Under the pieces are notes generated by a model. That model did no database searches. It was not told where the DNA came from and saw only the letters and a list, made by a program, of their open reading frames with translations. The position numbers and the translations under genes were made by a program. A stretch of DNA of 64,000 nucleotides from Psammoneis japonica (lineage: Eukaryota): positions 476,979 to 540,978 of the forward strand of contig QPGO01000008.1 in NCBI GenBank assembly GCA_008632985.1, written 5' to 3'. Numbering within the stretch: position 1 is the first letter of the stretch; every line of letters starts with the position of its first letter. This document shows, one piece after another, positions 37,611 through 48,899 of the stretch.

Positions 37611-38166
37611 TCCCTACTCGAAACTGTAGTAGTGCAGAGCCACTTTCATCCGTTCAAATCAGTTCTCCAATATCGTCATATTATTTCTATACTGTAGGCA
37701 ATCAACTCCCTTGAAGCACACGTTCTATGCAATGGCTCCATTCTCAAGCTTCACCACGAGGTTTGCATGGTCGATAATAACTCTCTAGCATGTCTGTATA
37801 CGCCTTCCCGTTTTGTGTGCGGTTTGGTGATGAAGGCGACAGCCAAAGAGCTACCAGTGAAGCTACCAGTCCGTCTCAGGACACGTCAGAGCACTAAGCC
37901 TTAGAAAGAACAAGCGTGTGGCTACAGTGGACATTCGCACATCATAATTATTGACACCGATGTGACCAGACAAGCTCGTTTTGTATCCACAACGTTACAA
38001 ACCATACCCCCTCACTAGCCGCAACGTAATAGAAAGATAGAAATCCCGTTTCAAAACCAGCTTCAGTTCTGTTAACTAATAATAATAATGTACGGTAGCT
38101 GCTAGGTCGAGTACCTGCAATAGACGATAACGATGCATCAGCCCACACGATGGCGCGATTCACGCT

Positions 38167-38934
38167 TTAGACGTCACCAATCAGTTCAATGAGCTCTGGT
38201 TCCCTTCCAGGAACACCAACCATTTCCACCTCAAAGACAATAGTGGCATCCCCTGGAATCCTTGGTTTTCCTGCAGAGGCTGGTCGCCCTTTGGGGCCAA
38301 AGGCCAAATTAGACTACACCAAAAGGAAAGAACGACGAAAGAGGTTAGAGCCATTTGTTCGCACAGTCTAATGTTGGCCATCATCAATCAACTTACCGGA
38401 ATGCTCAAGGTAAATTTATCGCCAGATTGCATTAGAGGGAGAACTTCTTCCACACCCTAAAGAACAAAAGCAAATAAGCACTGTGAGTGTGTTGCTATGC
38501 TGAGCGAAACGCCGAACAGAATGTGCTGATCTCGGAGCAAGTCTCACCTTCAGCAATCCACCAGAGCCGATTCTGGTGTAGTAGGGCTCGGGCGATTCCG
38601 TAATATCATCAATCTTGATGTCTCCGTAAAAGGCACGGAAACGAATGGCGGCAAGTTCTCCAATGTCGGGCTTGGGTCCGTCTCCTTTCTTGTCGATTTT
38701 GTAAGAAACGCCACTTGGAAGAGTCACAACGTCATCTGCCAGTGCAGATGGGACGAAGAGACCCTGACTCACGACAGCCGCAGCACCTGTTCCGACCACG
38801 AGAGACTGAATAAAGCTCTTGCGAGTTTGCATATCGAGACTTGTGGAGGACGAGGACGTTCTCGCCATGAGAGGGGCAGAAAACCCATGTACCGTCGCCA
38901 CGGAAGCGAGTGCAAGAGCGACACTAGTACGCAT
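38167..38934 (-). CDS. FKBP-type peptidyl-prolyl isomerase, thylakoid-lumen type; 3 exons
   Basis: Signal + transit peptide + RK/hydrophobic/ALA lumen signal; LPSGVSY...GDGPKP, GVEEVLPLM, LAFGPKGRPASAGKPRIPGDATIVFEVEMV. Confidence 0.88.
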
Positions 38935-39199
38935 TGTTTCCGACTCAAAAACTTGTAATATCAAAAAAGTATGGCTTCAAAGAGCAACGTGCCGAGGCAG
39001 GACAATCTCAGACGATGGTGCTGTTTTGGCTGATGTTGTCAACGTTGACACGCTTGCGAGAATGATGATTCAGCACCCGATCTTTTCGAGAGCGATGCGA
39101 TGGTCAGGATCGTGAACACGTACGTCAACGAGCGACGTGCAGACATTCAGCAGTCGATCCGACTAACTAACTAACTGAATGGATGCACGGACGATTGTG

Positions 39200-40230
39200 C
39201 ATTTGCGGTCGGAAAGCAAGGACTGGACCACTTCTGTCATGGCAGCTGGTAGAAGCACAGGATTCAATCAATCAAAGCAACTGTTGCTGGTTAGCACTTG
39301 TGCTCTTTGTGGGCTTGCTTTTGTTCAGCCAGGGTGCACCAGCAGTGGAATGATCATCCGGAGAGAGAGGAGAGAGGAGGAGAGGAGGTGAGCACCCCCA
39401 CTCCAGAGATGCTGCAACACATCATGTGCCCAAAGAGGGAAAAAATGTTGTGCAAGTTGGCTCAAACTGGGCAACAGGTGCACAAGGGAGCAATGCCATC
39501 AGTTCATTCTGTCACAAAATTGAGGTGAAGCGGTCCCTGGTGCAGGCTCTTGGTGTGTGAGAAGCAGAGGGAAAAGAGAGAAAAAAGCCCGCCATTGGTT
39601 GCCCAGTGCAAACATGGCAGTGCATTTGGGCAAGCAGGCTGCACATGGGGAAAGCAGAAAAAAGAGCTGCTCAGTCATGGGGAGCTTTTCAGTGGCTCCA
39701 ACAGTTGTGCCTCATTCTTGGCAGCCTTCTCCTTCACTTTGATGAGGAGTGCTGCCACAGCACACTCATTGCTCAATGTTCACACTGCCTCTTTTGAGAC
39801 TGTCCCAAATGTTCTCATCATTGCATGGAAGCACTCTTGCCATGAGCTTGTCAATGAATTCTTTCTCTGTCTGCAAGTCTGTTGTGGTTGAGATTTTTTG
39901 GAGGGGAGGCAGGCCGGTCAGACAATTGATCATCATCATCACGCAGACAGAGTCACCTGGGCATTGCTCTTTTCTTCGACAGGGTGTCAAGGATCATCAA
40001 GTCATTGTCATTTCTGATGGCATTGTCACCTGATCCAACCATCATCTTGGTGGCCTTGGATGCAGAGTCTAAGAACTCATTGACAGGAGGCTGACAGGGA
40101 TTGTTTGTTTTCTGTTTGTATTTCTTGGGTAATTGGCCTCACATTAGTCAGCTGAATTTCTTGTGAGAAGCAACGGCGCCATTACATTTGGTGCCGTTGG
40201 TGGAGGTCTTCATGGTGAGTTTTGGGATGC
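39200..40230. other. CpG/TpA-depleted decayed repeat block, origin unidentified
   Basis: Abrupt compositional switch; no Tyr-containing ORFs. Confidence 0.6.
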
Positions 40231-40394
40231 TTTTCTAGGCTACGTAAGAATGCTTCACGCAGCGTTGCTGGTGACTTGTTAGGCTGATTCTCGCGGGAAA
40301 CAGTAGCAGAAGTAGTGCTAAAACAGTTTTGATGCTGTCTACTTGTCATCGCTCACTCTGTATAAAGACTAGTGCTTAATTCAAAGCTTCCCTA

Positions 40395-41534
40395 TTAATG
40401 TTCGGCATCCCTCAGCCACTTTAGAACCGCCTCATCCGGCAAGTCCGCTATTCGAACCTCTTCTACCAAAGTTGAAAAGCTAAGCATTGATGAGTTGAAC
40501 ACTCGGACGTCCTCATATTGACGTGCTACCTCGTTCATCCAAGGGTAGAGTCCAGATTTGAGCAAGTACCCAGTGCCCAGCGAGGACATGGTTGCCAGGC
40601 AACAAAAGGTCGATGGACCACAAATTGTGGCGCGTTTTGCCGAAACAAGGCGATTTATGGTTCGTGCAATGGTTTCTGTTGTCGCGTCATTATGAATACT
40701 AATGGTTGCATTGCGAAACCGATCCTTGAGGTACAAAACAAGATCCTCGACAATTAGTTGGCAGCGTTGAGCGGAAGGCTCATCGTTTTTTCTCAACTGA
40801 GATGGATCAAACGATTGAGTCAATATAGCAATAGATTGCACCGCACTCGTGTCATTGTTGAACTCATCCATGATGAGTCTGGCATATGTCTCATGGGGTA
40901 GAAGGCCATATTCAGGTGATGTTGTCGTCAAGGCATCTCCGCACCGATAGTGTACTGCTACGTCCGATGGGGTCACATTCGGAAGGTACTTTGTGGCCAG
41001 TAATCTAAAGTGAGTTCGAATGGTTGGAGCGATGAGATTAATTGATGGCGAGTCGCATACAGAAGGAAACAATTCGTCGCAGCTACTGCAAAGATCTGTT
41101 AAGGTTGGCAAGTTGTCATAATACCCCATCTCATTAGCTTGATCAAACGAGACGTGGTCTCGAAATAGAGACAAGAACGGTTCCTGAGCAGCGTTTTCAC
41201 CCTTTAAACAATTGAATGTGAATGATGCTCCCGCTGCCTTTGCCAATAGAAAGGCCGTGTATATGCGAGGAAGTACATTGCCAATACGGTTATCCGCGCA
41301 CACCCTCTTGAACAAACGAACGTGTCGGTCTTTGTCATCTACGCCACCCTCTGAAAACGCTTGTTGGAGCGGCGAGCACACCGACGGATGCTCATAGTCG
41401 TACATGATGGTAAGCGTCCCTGCTTGGTGGCCATTCTGAAAATCGGTGTTGACAAAGATCAATACATACGGGAAAACACCGAAAACAGCAAGCACCAGCA
41501 CCAGCAGGCGGCATCTCTTGCTCGCTTTCCCCAT
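40395..41534 (-). CDS. Type II membrane glycosyltransferase-like protein (fucosyltransferase-like motifs)
   Basis: N-terminal TM, RIGN, VAVHYRCGD and GPSTF motifs reminiscent of GT11/GT23-type enzymes. Confidence 0.65.
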   Translation of the reverse strand: MGKASKRCRLLVLVLAVFGVFPYVLIFVNTDFQNGHQAGTLTIMYDYEHPSVCSPLQQAFSEGGVDDKDRHVRLFKRVCADNRIGNVLPRIYTAFLLAKAAGASFTFNCLKGENAAQEPFLSLFRDHVSFDQANEMGYYDNLPTLTDLCSSCDELFPSVCDSPSINLIAPTIRTHFRLLATKYLPNVTPSDVAVHYRCGDALTTTSPEYGLLPHETYARLIMDEFNNDTSAVQSIAILTQSFDPSQLRKNDEPSAQRCQLIVEDLVLYLKDRFRNATISIHNDATTETIARTINRLVSAKRATICGPSTFCCLATMSSLGTGYLLKSGLYPWMNEVARQYEDVRVFNSSMLSFSTLVEEVRIADLPDEAVLKWLRDAEH

Positions 41535-41941
41535 CTCATTCGTCAAAACGTTCCACTCCTCTTTTTCACAGAATCAGTAAAGACGAGAGTCACAATATCA
41601 GATCATTGGGGTGGTGGATGGGTAGGACATGCCATACCAGTACATAGTCTCATGCATCATGGTCTCCGAAGCCCTCGCTGACGATTTTACGACGTGCTTT
41701 CCCATTGCCTGTGTTGGGATTTCTGAGCGTTGGGTGTGAAGTCCGACCTCCCTCCGACCTTCTGTCACTCCAAAATCTGGCGCGCCGTCTTTCGCGAGAA
41801 GAAAATTCTGCGTCCACCCTGCTGCCATTTGCATTGACAAGCCATTGAAACGCAGCGAGAACGTTCTACCCTACTCTCTCTAGAGACTTTGTCGACCGGC
41901 ATTAATCGCCAAGGCGTCATTTCACCAGTTGGCAACCCTTG

Positions 41942-43450
41942 ATGTTGGTAAAATCGACAAGGATTGAATCATTCTTGACGATTCTGTCACTTGCTCTAGC
42001 TACGGTCTTATCACAACATTGGTTGACTGTGTTGTTTGGATCTTTTCTTATCATGTGTTCGCTTGCTTGTTGGAAGTGCTTTGAATCCAATCGTGACAAG
42101 CAAGAGGAGAGCAATCCTCCCATACAAGAGCTCGAGGAGCAACAAGCCATGGCTCGGAAAAAGAATGCCGCGATTGAGAAGATTGTAGAGGCTCGTAAGG
42201 ATGCGGATGCGGTCGATCGAATCAAACACGATGCAACTATAGAGAAGCTCAAACAAGAACACGAACGTGTGTGTAAGGAAAAGGATGAGCGTATTCGCTT
42301 ACTAGAGAAGGAAAATACACAGAACAACAACAGCCATGAACCAGAAGTCACGGATCAGAGCGGTTCCGATCAATCTACACACAAAGCAAAAAAGGACGAT
42401 CTGTTGCAGGAGCTGCAAGAGGTAAAAGCCAAGGCAGAGCTGGACCGCAAGGAGTATGAATGCTCTTTAAAGAAAATACAAGAGGATCACCAACTCGAGT
42501 ATGATGAAATGCTAGTACAGCTGGATCAGGTCGAAAAAGAGGAAAAGGAACGAATGCAGCAGCACGAGCAACTTGTGGCTCAGAAGAACGCAATCATTGA
42601 CGCGCTGGGTACCAAGCTCAATCAATCCGTCCAAGAGGAAGGTAGTCTGAAACAGGAACGAGATCAGCTAAAGATTGATTTGCATCAAGCAAAAGAGGAT
42701 GCTGCATCGGCGAGGGAAGCGGCTCTAACAGTAGAGTCGAGTCTCACTACGAAACACGAGAATGAATTGCAAACTCAACGCATCAAGAGTCGACAGTCGG
42801 CTGAACGAATCAAGAAGGAAATGATTGCGTCCGCGACCGAGCAATTTGCAAAGGCTAACGAGACATATCTTTTGCTCAAAAAGGAATACGATGCCAACAA
42901 GGAAAAGCTAGACGCTGCACAGAAAGAATCGGTCAAGTGGAAGAAGCAAACAGAACTAGCCAAGCACAAGTACAAGGAGAGAGAAGTTGAGACTGCCGCA
43001 GAACTCGCCCAACTCAAGGCTGGTAAGTAGTAGCCCTGCAAATAAAGTTGGAGATCCGTTACATTTTGCAATTCTTTGTTTTTTTTCTCACAAGTGTATT
43101 TTGGCTTTCTTCTACGTTCTTCTGCTACGGTAGACTTGGCTTCGATCGAAGCAGCGGCTGCACGTGAATCTCAGCGCCATGAGACGGAATTGCAAGTACT
43201 TCGTGCATCAGAGGAATCGTTGAAGCAAGAGCTGAACAATTCCAAAAAGAGTTGTGCTGCAGCACATGCTAGCCTTGCATCCTTGGTGACGGAAAAGAAT
43301 GCACTTGCCAAAGAATACGAGGAAACGAAGTCCGTTTGTGAAGAGCTCATGTCCATGATGGAAAACACTGCTAGTATTGAAAACACTGCCAGTACACCCA
43401 CAAAATCTCCGCCCAGTGCCCTGACTTCTGTTGTGAGCCCTAGTCCATAA
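41942..43450 (+). CDS. Membrane-anchored long coiled-coil protein with a TACC-like C-terminus; 2 exons
   Basis: N-terminal hydrophobic segments; intron gtaagt...tag at ~43022-43133; C-terminal EKNALAKEYEETKSVCEELMSMME. Confidence 0.7.
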
Positions 43451-43590
43451 CTACCGGTACTCTCGTATGCGGTACCTTACCGTATGTCTCGATAGATATT
43501 GGTACCGTATAGGCAGTTGTTGAGCAAAACGGTTGTGTGCCATATGAGTGGACATAGAGGAAGTAAGAAAGATGTAGCATTAGATTAGAT

Positions 43591-44211
43591 TTATGCGACT
43601 TCCACCGTCGCTCCTATCGCTTCTAATTTTTCTTTCAGCTCGTCCGCTTCTTCTTTCTTGAGACCAGTCTTGACTACCTTGGGTGCTCCCTCTACCAGCT
43701 CTTTTGCTTCTTTTAAGCCCAATCCTGCAATTGCTCGTACTTCTTTGATAACTTTAATTTTGGACTTGGCTTCAAAGCCGGTTAATTTCAAATCAAAAGC
43801 AGTCTTTTCTTCAGTGACTTGCTCTTCTTGCCCTTCTCCTTCAGCCGCAGCCGCTCCGCCCTTGGCTTTTCGCAACAGCTCACCGGGAATTATTTTAATT
43901 CCCAATTTCTCCATTGTGAGTTTCCCAATCAAATCTAGCTCCTCTCGTTCAAGAGCTGTCATTTTGTGAAAGAGTTCTTCAACCTTTGGCGAATGAAATG
44001 ACAGAGCAGCCGACTCCTCTTGTTGCTTTTTCTCCTCTGTGGCAGCAGCGTTGGAAGAGAAGGGCGAAGCATGTGCAGGTATTGGATGTCTCGTCCAGGA
44101 TTTCACACTGCAACACACCACTCTGTCCACAACATGTCGCTGTAGTCTGGATGATGCAATGAATCGCCACCGGAGCGCCATTGTTGTTGCCTGCCGCAGC
44201 GGTTTGTTCAT
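43591..44211 (-). CDS. rplL: Ribosomal protein L7/L12 (bL12), mitochondrial-type, paralog C
   Basis: SPKVEELF helix; C-terminal [30 protein letters not shown]. Confidence 0.93.
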   Translation of the reverse strand: MNKPLRQATTMALRWRFIASSRLQRHVVDRVVCCSVKSWTRHPIPAHASPFSSNAAATEEKKQQEESAALSFHSPKVEELFHKMTALEREELDLIGKLTMEKLGIKIIPGELLRKAKGGAAAAEGEGQEEQVTEEKTAFDLKLTGFEAKSKIKVIKEVRAIAGLGLKEAKELVEGAPKVVKTGLKKEEADELKEKLEAIGATVEVA

Positions 44212-44555
44212 GGTCGCAAATCTCAGCAAACTTGAAAACGCCGCAAACGACAAACCCCGCCGCACGCACGACGCAAGACGACAAGACGAGACTGTGACAA
44301 CTAACTAACTCATAACCTCACAAATTTTGGAATTTTGACTGCGGCTGGCGCGCTTTGCGTAGGAAATGTACCAGCTGCTACTGTACACTAGAGATACTGC
44401 ATGCTGAGGGGTCGATCCGACGACAGAGGAGAAAATAGCTGTGAACGCAATGGTGCCGCCGAGCCGCCCTTGAATCAAGCAATTTTCTGTTTACTGAGTT
44501 ATCAAATGTACAAACAACCTTTAGCATAATAGAATCAAACACTTTCCTGTTGAAA

Positions 44556-45437
44556 ATGTACAACAACCAAGCAAGACAACGACGCAACAACAACAACGCC
44601 AATCCCTATTCTGAAACAGATCAGAGAAGAAGGCAAAAGAGTAGACGGCCGCAAGAGCTCTACCTTTTCGGTGGCCTTGTTGTGCTGTTGGCAGCGTGGT
44701 TTTTGACTCCGGTATCCGAGTGGGTTGTGGCTGTGGTGCTCCTGACGGTGCCGGTTGAAGCAGATGTTCAGCTGGGAATGCAAGCGTTAAAAGACATTAA
44801 AAAAGAGTACCGACAGGTTCCTGATCATTGGGGCGTAGAACGAGTTGGATGGGAGCTGATAAAGACGTTGCCAAAAAATACAGAGAACCAAGCTTGGGAT
44901 TTCGGTGTAGTTCATGCAGATTTCGTTAATGCTTTTGCGCTCCCCGGCGGCATTATCCGAGTCACCGACAAGCTTTTAAAGACATTGTCGCTCAACGAGG
45001 GTGAATTGGCAGCACTGATTGGTCATGAGATTGGGCACGTCATCCATCGTCACGCTCAAGCTCGCATGATTGAACAACGTCTAGTGACAACCCTTATCCA
45101 AGCGCTGTTTTACGAAGATAACGACGACCACGACGAAACCTTTGGCGAAGCCGTCGGCGAGCTAATGCTAAAGAGTGCCACATGGTTGGGTCAGCAGAAA
45201 TTCAGTAGGCGCGACGAGTATCAGGCAGATGCAAAATCATGGGAGCTATTGATTGCCTCTAAATACCACGATCCAAGATCCTTGCAGTCTCTCCTTGCCA
45301 AACTATGGAGCTTGGAAGGCGGAAGCGGCACGACATCATGGGAGAGTACTCATCCTGGAACGAAGGATAGAATTAAGGCACTTCAACAGAAATGGGATGA
45401 TTCGCCGGAAAGAGAAAAACGACGACTGGCGAGATAG
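44556..45437 (+). CDS. M48 family zinc metallopeptidase (Oma1/YfgC-like)
   Basis: VNAFALPGG, HEIGH, FSRRDEYQAD and STHP...RI. Confidence 0.92.
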   Translation: MYNNQARQRRNNNNANPYSETDQRRRQKSRRPQELYLFGGLVVLLAAWFLTPVSEWVVAVVLLTVPVEADVQLGMQALKDIKKEYRQVPDHWGVERVGWELIKTLPKNTENQAWDFGVVHADFVNAFALPGGIIRVTDKLLKTLSLNEGELAALIGHEIGHVIHRHAQARMIEQRLVTTLIQALFYEDNDDHDETFGEAVGELMLKSATWLGQQKFSRRDEYQADAKSWELLIASKYHDPRSLQSLLAKLWSLEGGSGTTSWESTHPGTKDRIKALQQKWDDSPEREKRRLAR

Positions 45438-45636
45438 GACTAGTTCTATCTAGGATAAAGAATCTGAAGCGAGTCCAAGAGCCTTCGTTTATCTTGTTGC
45501 TATAGAACTGTACTTGGATTCAGACTTTGTTTCTTAAAGCCTTCTGAGAGATTCTTCTACCAGCGCCCGCTGGAACTTATTTTCCTGAATCTTTCGTACG
45601 CCTCTCTCTCTCTCTCTCTCTCTCTACAGTACCACT

Positions 45637-47038
45637 CTAGGCATATGCCTTGGTTGGATCTGTGTATTGCTTGTACACAGCTGAAATCTTCTCCAAGGTT
45701 TCGTCATCTAGTCGAATATCGTATGCTTTAATATTCTCCTTGAGCTGTGGAATTGTTGTAGCGCCAATAATGGTGGAGGCCGAATGCTCCCGGTGATAAC
45801 ACCACGCCAGCGCCAACTCTGCGGGGGACATACCGGCGTGCTCTGCAATCTCACAATATCTGGTTACAGCGGCTTCATTTTGGCTGTCGAGGTATCGCTC
45901 CATAAAGCCAGGAAACAACTTGAGTCGGGCATTGTCTGGGACCTTGTCTGGATGGGCATACTTTCCAGTCAAGACTCCAGAGGCAAGAGGCGAGTATGGC
46001 AAGAGACCGACATTGTGGTGAAAACAAGCTTCAGCCAAACCTGCTTCAAAATCTTTTCGCACCACGAGCGAGTAACTGTTTTGAATGGATACAATTTTTG
46101 GAAGTCCCTTGTGTTTGGCAGTTTCCACCATGGAGCAGACACCATAAGGAGTCTCGTTGGACACACCAATGTATCTGACCTTTCCAGCCTCAATGACTTC
46201 TTGAAGCGCCGACAATTGTTCCTCAAAGCCCACGACGTCCTCCTTGTATTCTGCTGGTGAGAAGTCAGGTTGCCCAAAGAGTCCTCCAGTGTAGCGATCA
46301 GGCCAATGCAACTGCAACAAATCAATGTAATCGGTTCCCAACCGTTTCAGCGATGCGTCCACTGATGCAATGATTTGATCCCGCGTCAAGGCTGCTTGCG
46401 TCTTTGGCTCATCACGCGGAAGCCAGTCAATGCGATCCGAGCGACCGCACACTTTGGTCGCCAAGACTACATCGTCCCGATTCCGTCCTTTAAGAAACGC
46501 TGCCACAGCTGCATCAGTTCTCCCCTGTGTCTCCGCCTTGGTCGGAACTAGGAAACAGAAGTAGCCATTCTCGAGTAAGAAATCATTCTCGTTGCCGTTT
46601 CTACACTCCATCTTCTAGTAACCTACCTGGATACATTTCTGCCGTGTCCAAAAAGTTGACACCAAACTCATCCCAGGCCAGGTTGAGCTGTTCCACGCCT
46701 TCCTCCAAGGTATTTTGTTCTCCAAACGTCATTGTGCCCATGCACACTTTGCTCACCACCAAGTCGGAAGACCCAAGCTTGACATAGTCCATACCATTTT
46801 CAAGTCCAGGAACTGCAACATTTCCTACGGATTGGACAGTAGACGATGACAGGGAGAACCCGCGAGTTGCCAAGGAACTACGTTGTAACAGTGAGATTGT
46901 TCGAAAAAACGTGGGTGAGAAAAAAAGTGACGATCATCCAAATTGCCAGTCTGAAACTTTTGATTGCGAAACTTACGCTAGCGTTGCAACAGTAAGCCCG
47001 GTTTTGGTAGGAGACACTAAGTTCTTGGTGAACGCCAT
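45637..47038 (-). CDS. Aldo/keto reductase (Tas-like); 3 exons
   Basis: GTMTFGEQN, DTAEMYP, SLKRLGTDYIDLLQLHWPDR, GVSNET, YSPLASGVLTGKY and IIGAT. Confidence 0.92.
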
Positions 47039-47436
47039 GTTGCTTTCGGCTGTTCTCTGCTTCTTTCTGTTTGTTTGTTGCTTTTGGCGCTTTTTCCCGC
47101 TCTCGCTGACATTGACACGTCATTGTCGGAGGGAACTTCTATTCTTCCATTGAGTCAGTCAGCGGTCAGCAGCGGGAATCGCACGGGCAAAAAGGTGCTC
47201 AAAGCACCGCCAACAAGACATCGCAATCAGAAGAAAACACGGGCGATGCGAGACGGCAGTAGAACGCAGAACTAACGCAGGCAGACGCTTGGGCAGACGC
47301 ACAAGGCACAAGCCAGACACACACAAGACGAGATGTGAAAGGTGTGTTTGAGTTACCGTATAGGTCCGCGTCTCACAGTTGACATTATTGCGGAGAAACG
47401 CGTTGCTACTAGAACTTAACGAACTCTAAAACAAAT

Positions 47437-48642
47437 ATGCAAGACAACGGTATGCTGAACGAAGAGCACGACGATGCAGATGCAGCTCCACCGGCTCAAC
47501 GTGCCAATCAGGAGCATACCGGTACAAGAACACCACCTACTGCAAGGCCATCATCTGCGGGTCGTACTTCATCCTTATATCATGAATTGTTAAATCGTCC
47601 GCGGTCCAACCCGCGATCACGAACCCCCATGAGATATGAGAGTCCTTTGGATCCTGATGCCTTTCGACGCAGCAGTGTGTTGCAAGAAGAAGACGCTCCC
47701 ACAGAGCGAGAACAGCGTCAGGCTTCTGTAGAACGGCGCCGAAGGAGTATTCGTCCCACAGCTGGAGCTGCAGTAGGTGCTATCGCTCCGGGGCCACTGG
47801 GCCGTCACCAAGAAGAAAAGGCAAAATCGTCAAAGCAGGGACCCTCTCGTCGCAAGGTACAGCGATGGACAAACGATAACTTTCGTCACCTTGCGGCGGA
47901 GATCAAGGCGGCGGGTGGATCGGCAGCAGTCACAGACATGTTGATGCAGGCGCACATGGACGCGCATTTGTATCGAGACTATTATACCGGTCCCAAGAAT
48001 TGTTCTCTGCTTACAGACTTTTATCAAGAGGATTCGTATCAGAGGGTACGACAGCAATTCTTTCAGGGCGAAATCGGAATGCCACCGTCCGTGTCAAAGT
48101 CGTCCAGGAAAAGCAATTCTACTCTCACTCCAGAGCTCATGGTGAAACGGGTACATGGTCGATTGATCAAAGTTATTGAACGTGTTCACTCGTCTTCTTC
48201 CTCCTCTCAGCAAGTTATTGATCAGCTAGAAGTGTTTTTGGTTCAAGCTCTTGGCCACGAACAATCTTCAAACCAAAAAGCGAAAGAGCCGTCTCTGGAC
48301 TGGAAACAGGCTGGGTTAAAGCGAGCGCCAGCGGTGTTGCATCACGAAGGGAGCAATTCCATTGTTCATTTTGTCTTTGACAAAGACGCTGGCTTGTCGA
48401 GATTGTTTCTTCATGCCGTTTGTCAATTTCATGGTATTCAGGTTAGCAGCGCAACGCCGGCGGCAAAAGACGCTAAAGTTACAAAAGGGCTTTTGGTTTC
48501 GGGTCGTGCTCAGGGCCAGAACTACCGCTTTTTGGATTACATTGGCAGCAAGGTTGAGAGCCAAAGCGATGGAGGCATGGGGAAGACGAATCGAAGTGCT
48601 GATGCCGTGACAGATATGCTGAATCGATTGAGCGTGAGTTGA
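47437..48642 (+). CDS. R3H-associated/R3H domain protein (R3HDM4-like)
   Basis: RRKVQRWTND N-terminal motif; RLFLHAVCQFHGI R3H-type motif. Confidence 0.7.
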   Translation: MQDNGMLNEEHDDADAAPPAQRANQEHTGTRTPPTARPSSAGRTSSLYHELLNRPRSNPRSRTPMRYESPLDPDAFRRSSVLQEEDAPTEREQRQASVERRRRSIRPTAGAAVGAIAPGPLGRHQEEKAKSSKQGPSRRKVQRWTNDNFRHLAAEIKAAGGSAAVTDMLMQAHMDAHLYRDYYTGPKNCSLLTDFYQEDSYQRVRQQFFQGEIGMPPSVSKSSRKSNSTLTPELMVKRVHGRLIKVIERVHSSSSSSQQVIDQLEVFLVQALGHEQSSNQKAKEPSLDWKQAGLKRAPAVLHHEGSNSIVHFVFDKDAGLSRLFLHAVCQFHGIQVSSATPAAKDAKVTKGLLVSGRAQGQNYRFLDYIGSKVESQSDGGMGKTNRSADAVTDMLNRLSVS

Positions 48643-48899
48643 AACTAAAAAAAAAATAAGTTTTTATCTTGTTACCTAGTAGGGCTATTTGTACTCTACG
48701 GATAACTAGCTAATGTTTTCTATTGTGGGTAATAACAACAAGAGCAGAAACAAGAAACTTAGAAGTACTGGATGGCGTTCGAAAGTCCGCGACAATAGCT
48801 CTATGCATACTAACTTGAACCGTAACCAACAGAAAGGATGAGGATCCTAGGGAGGCCCAAGAACAAGAGCAATCATGTCTTGTCGAGAGAATTCACGTC

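Noticed and set aside
45602..45625. (CT)n microsatellite
   Set aside because: Common simple repeat with no further structure.
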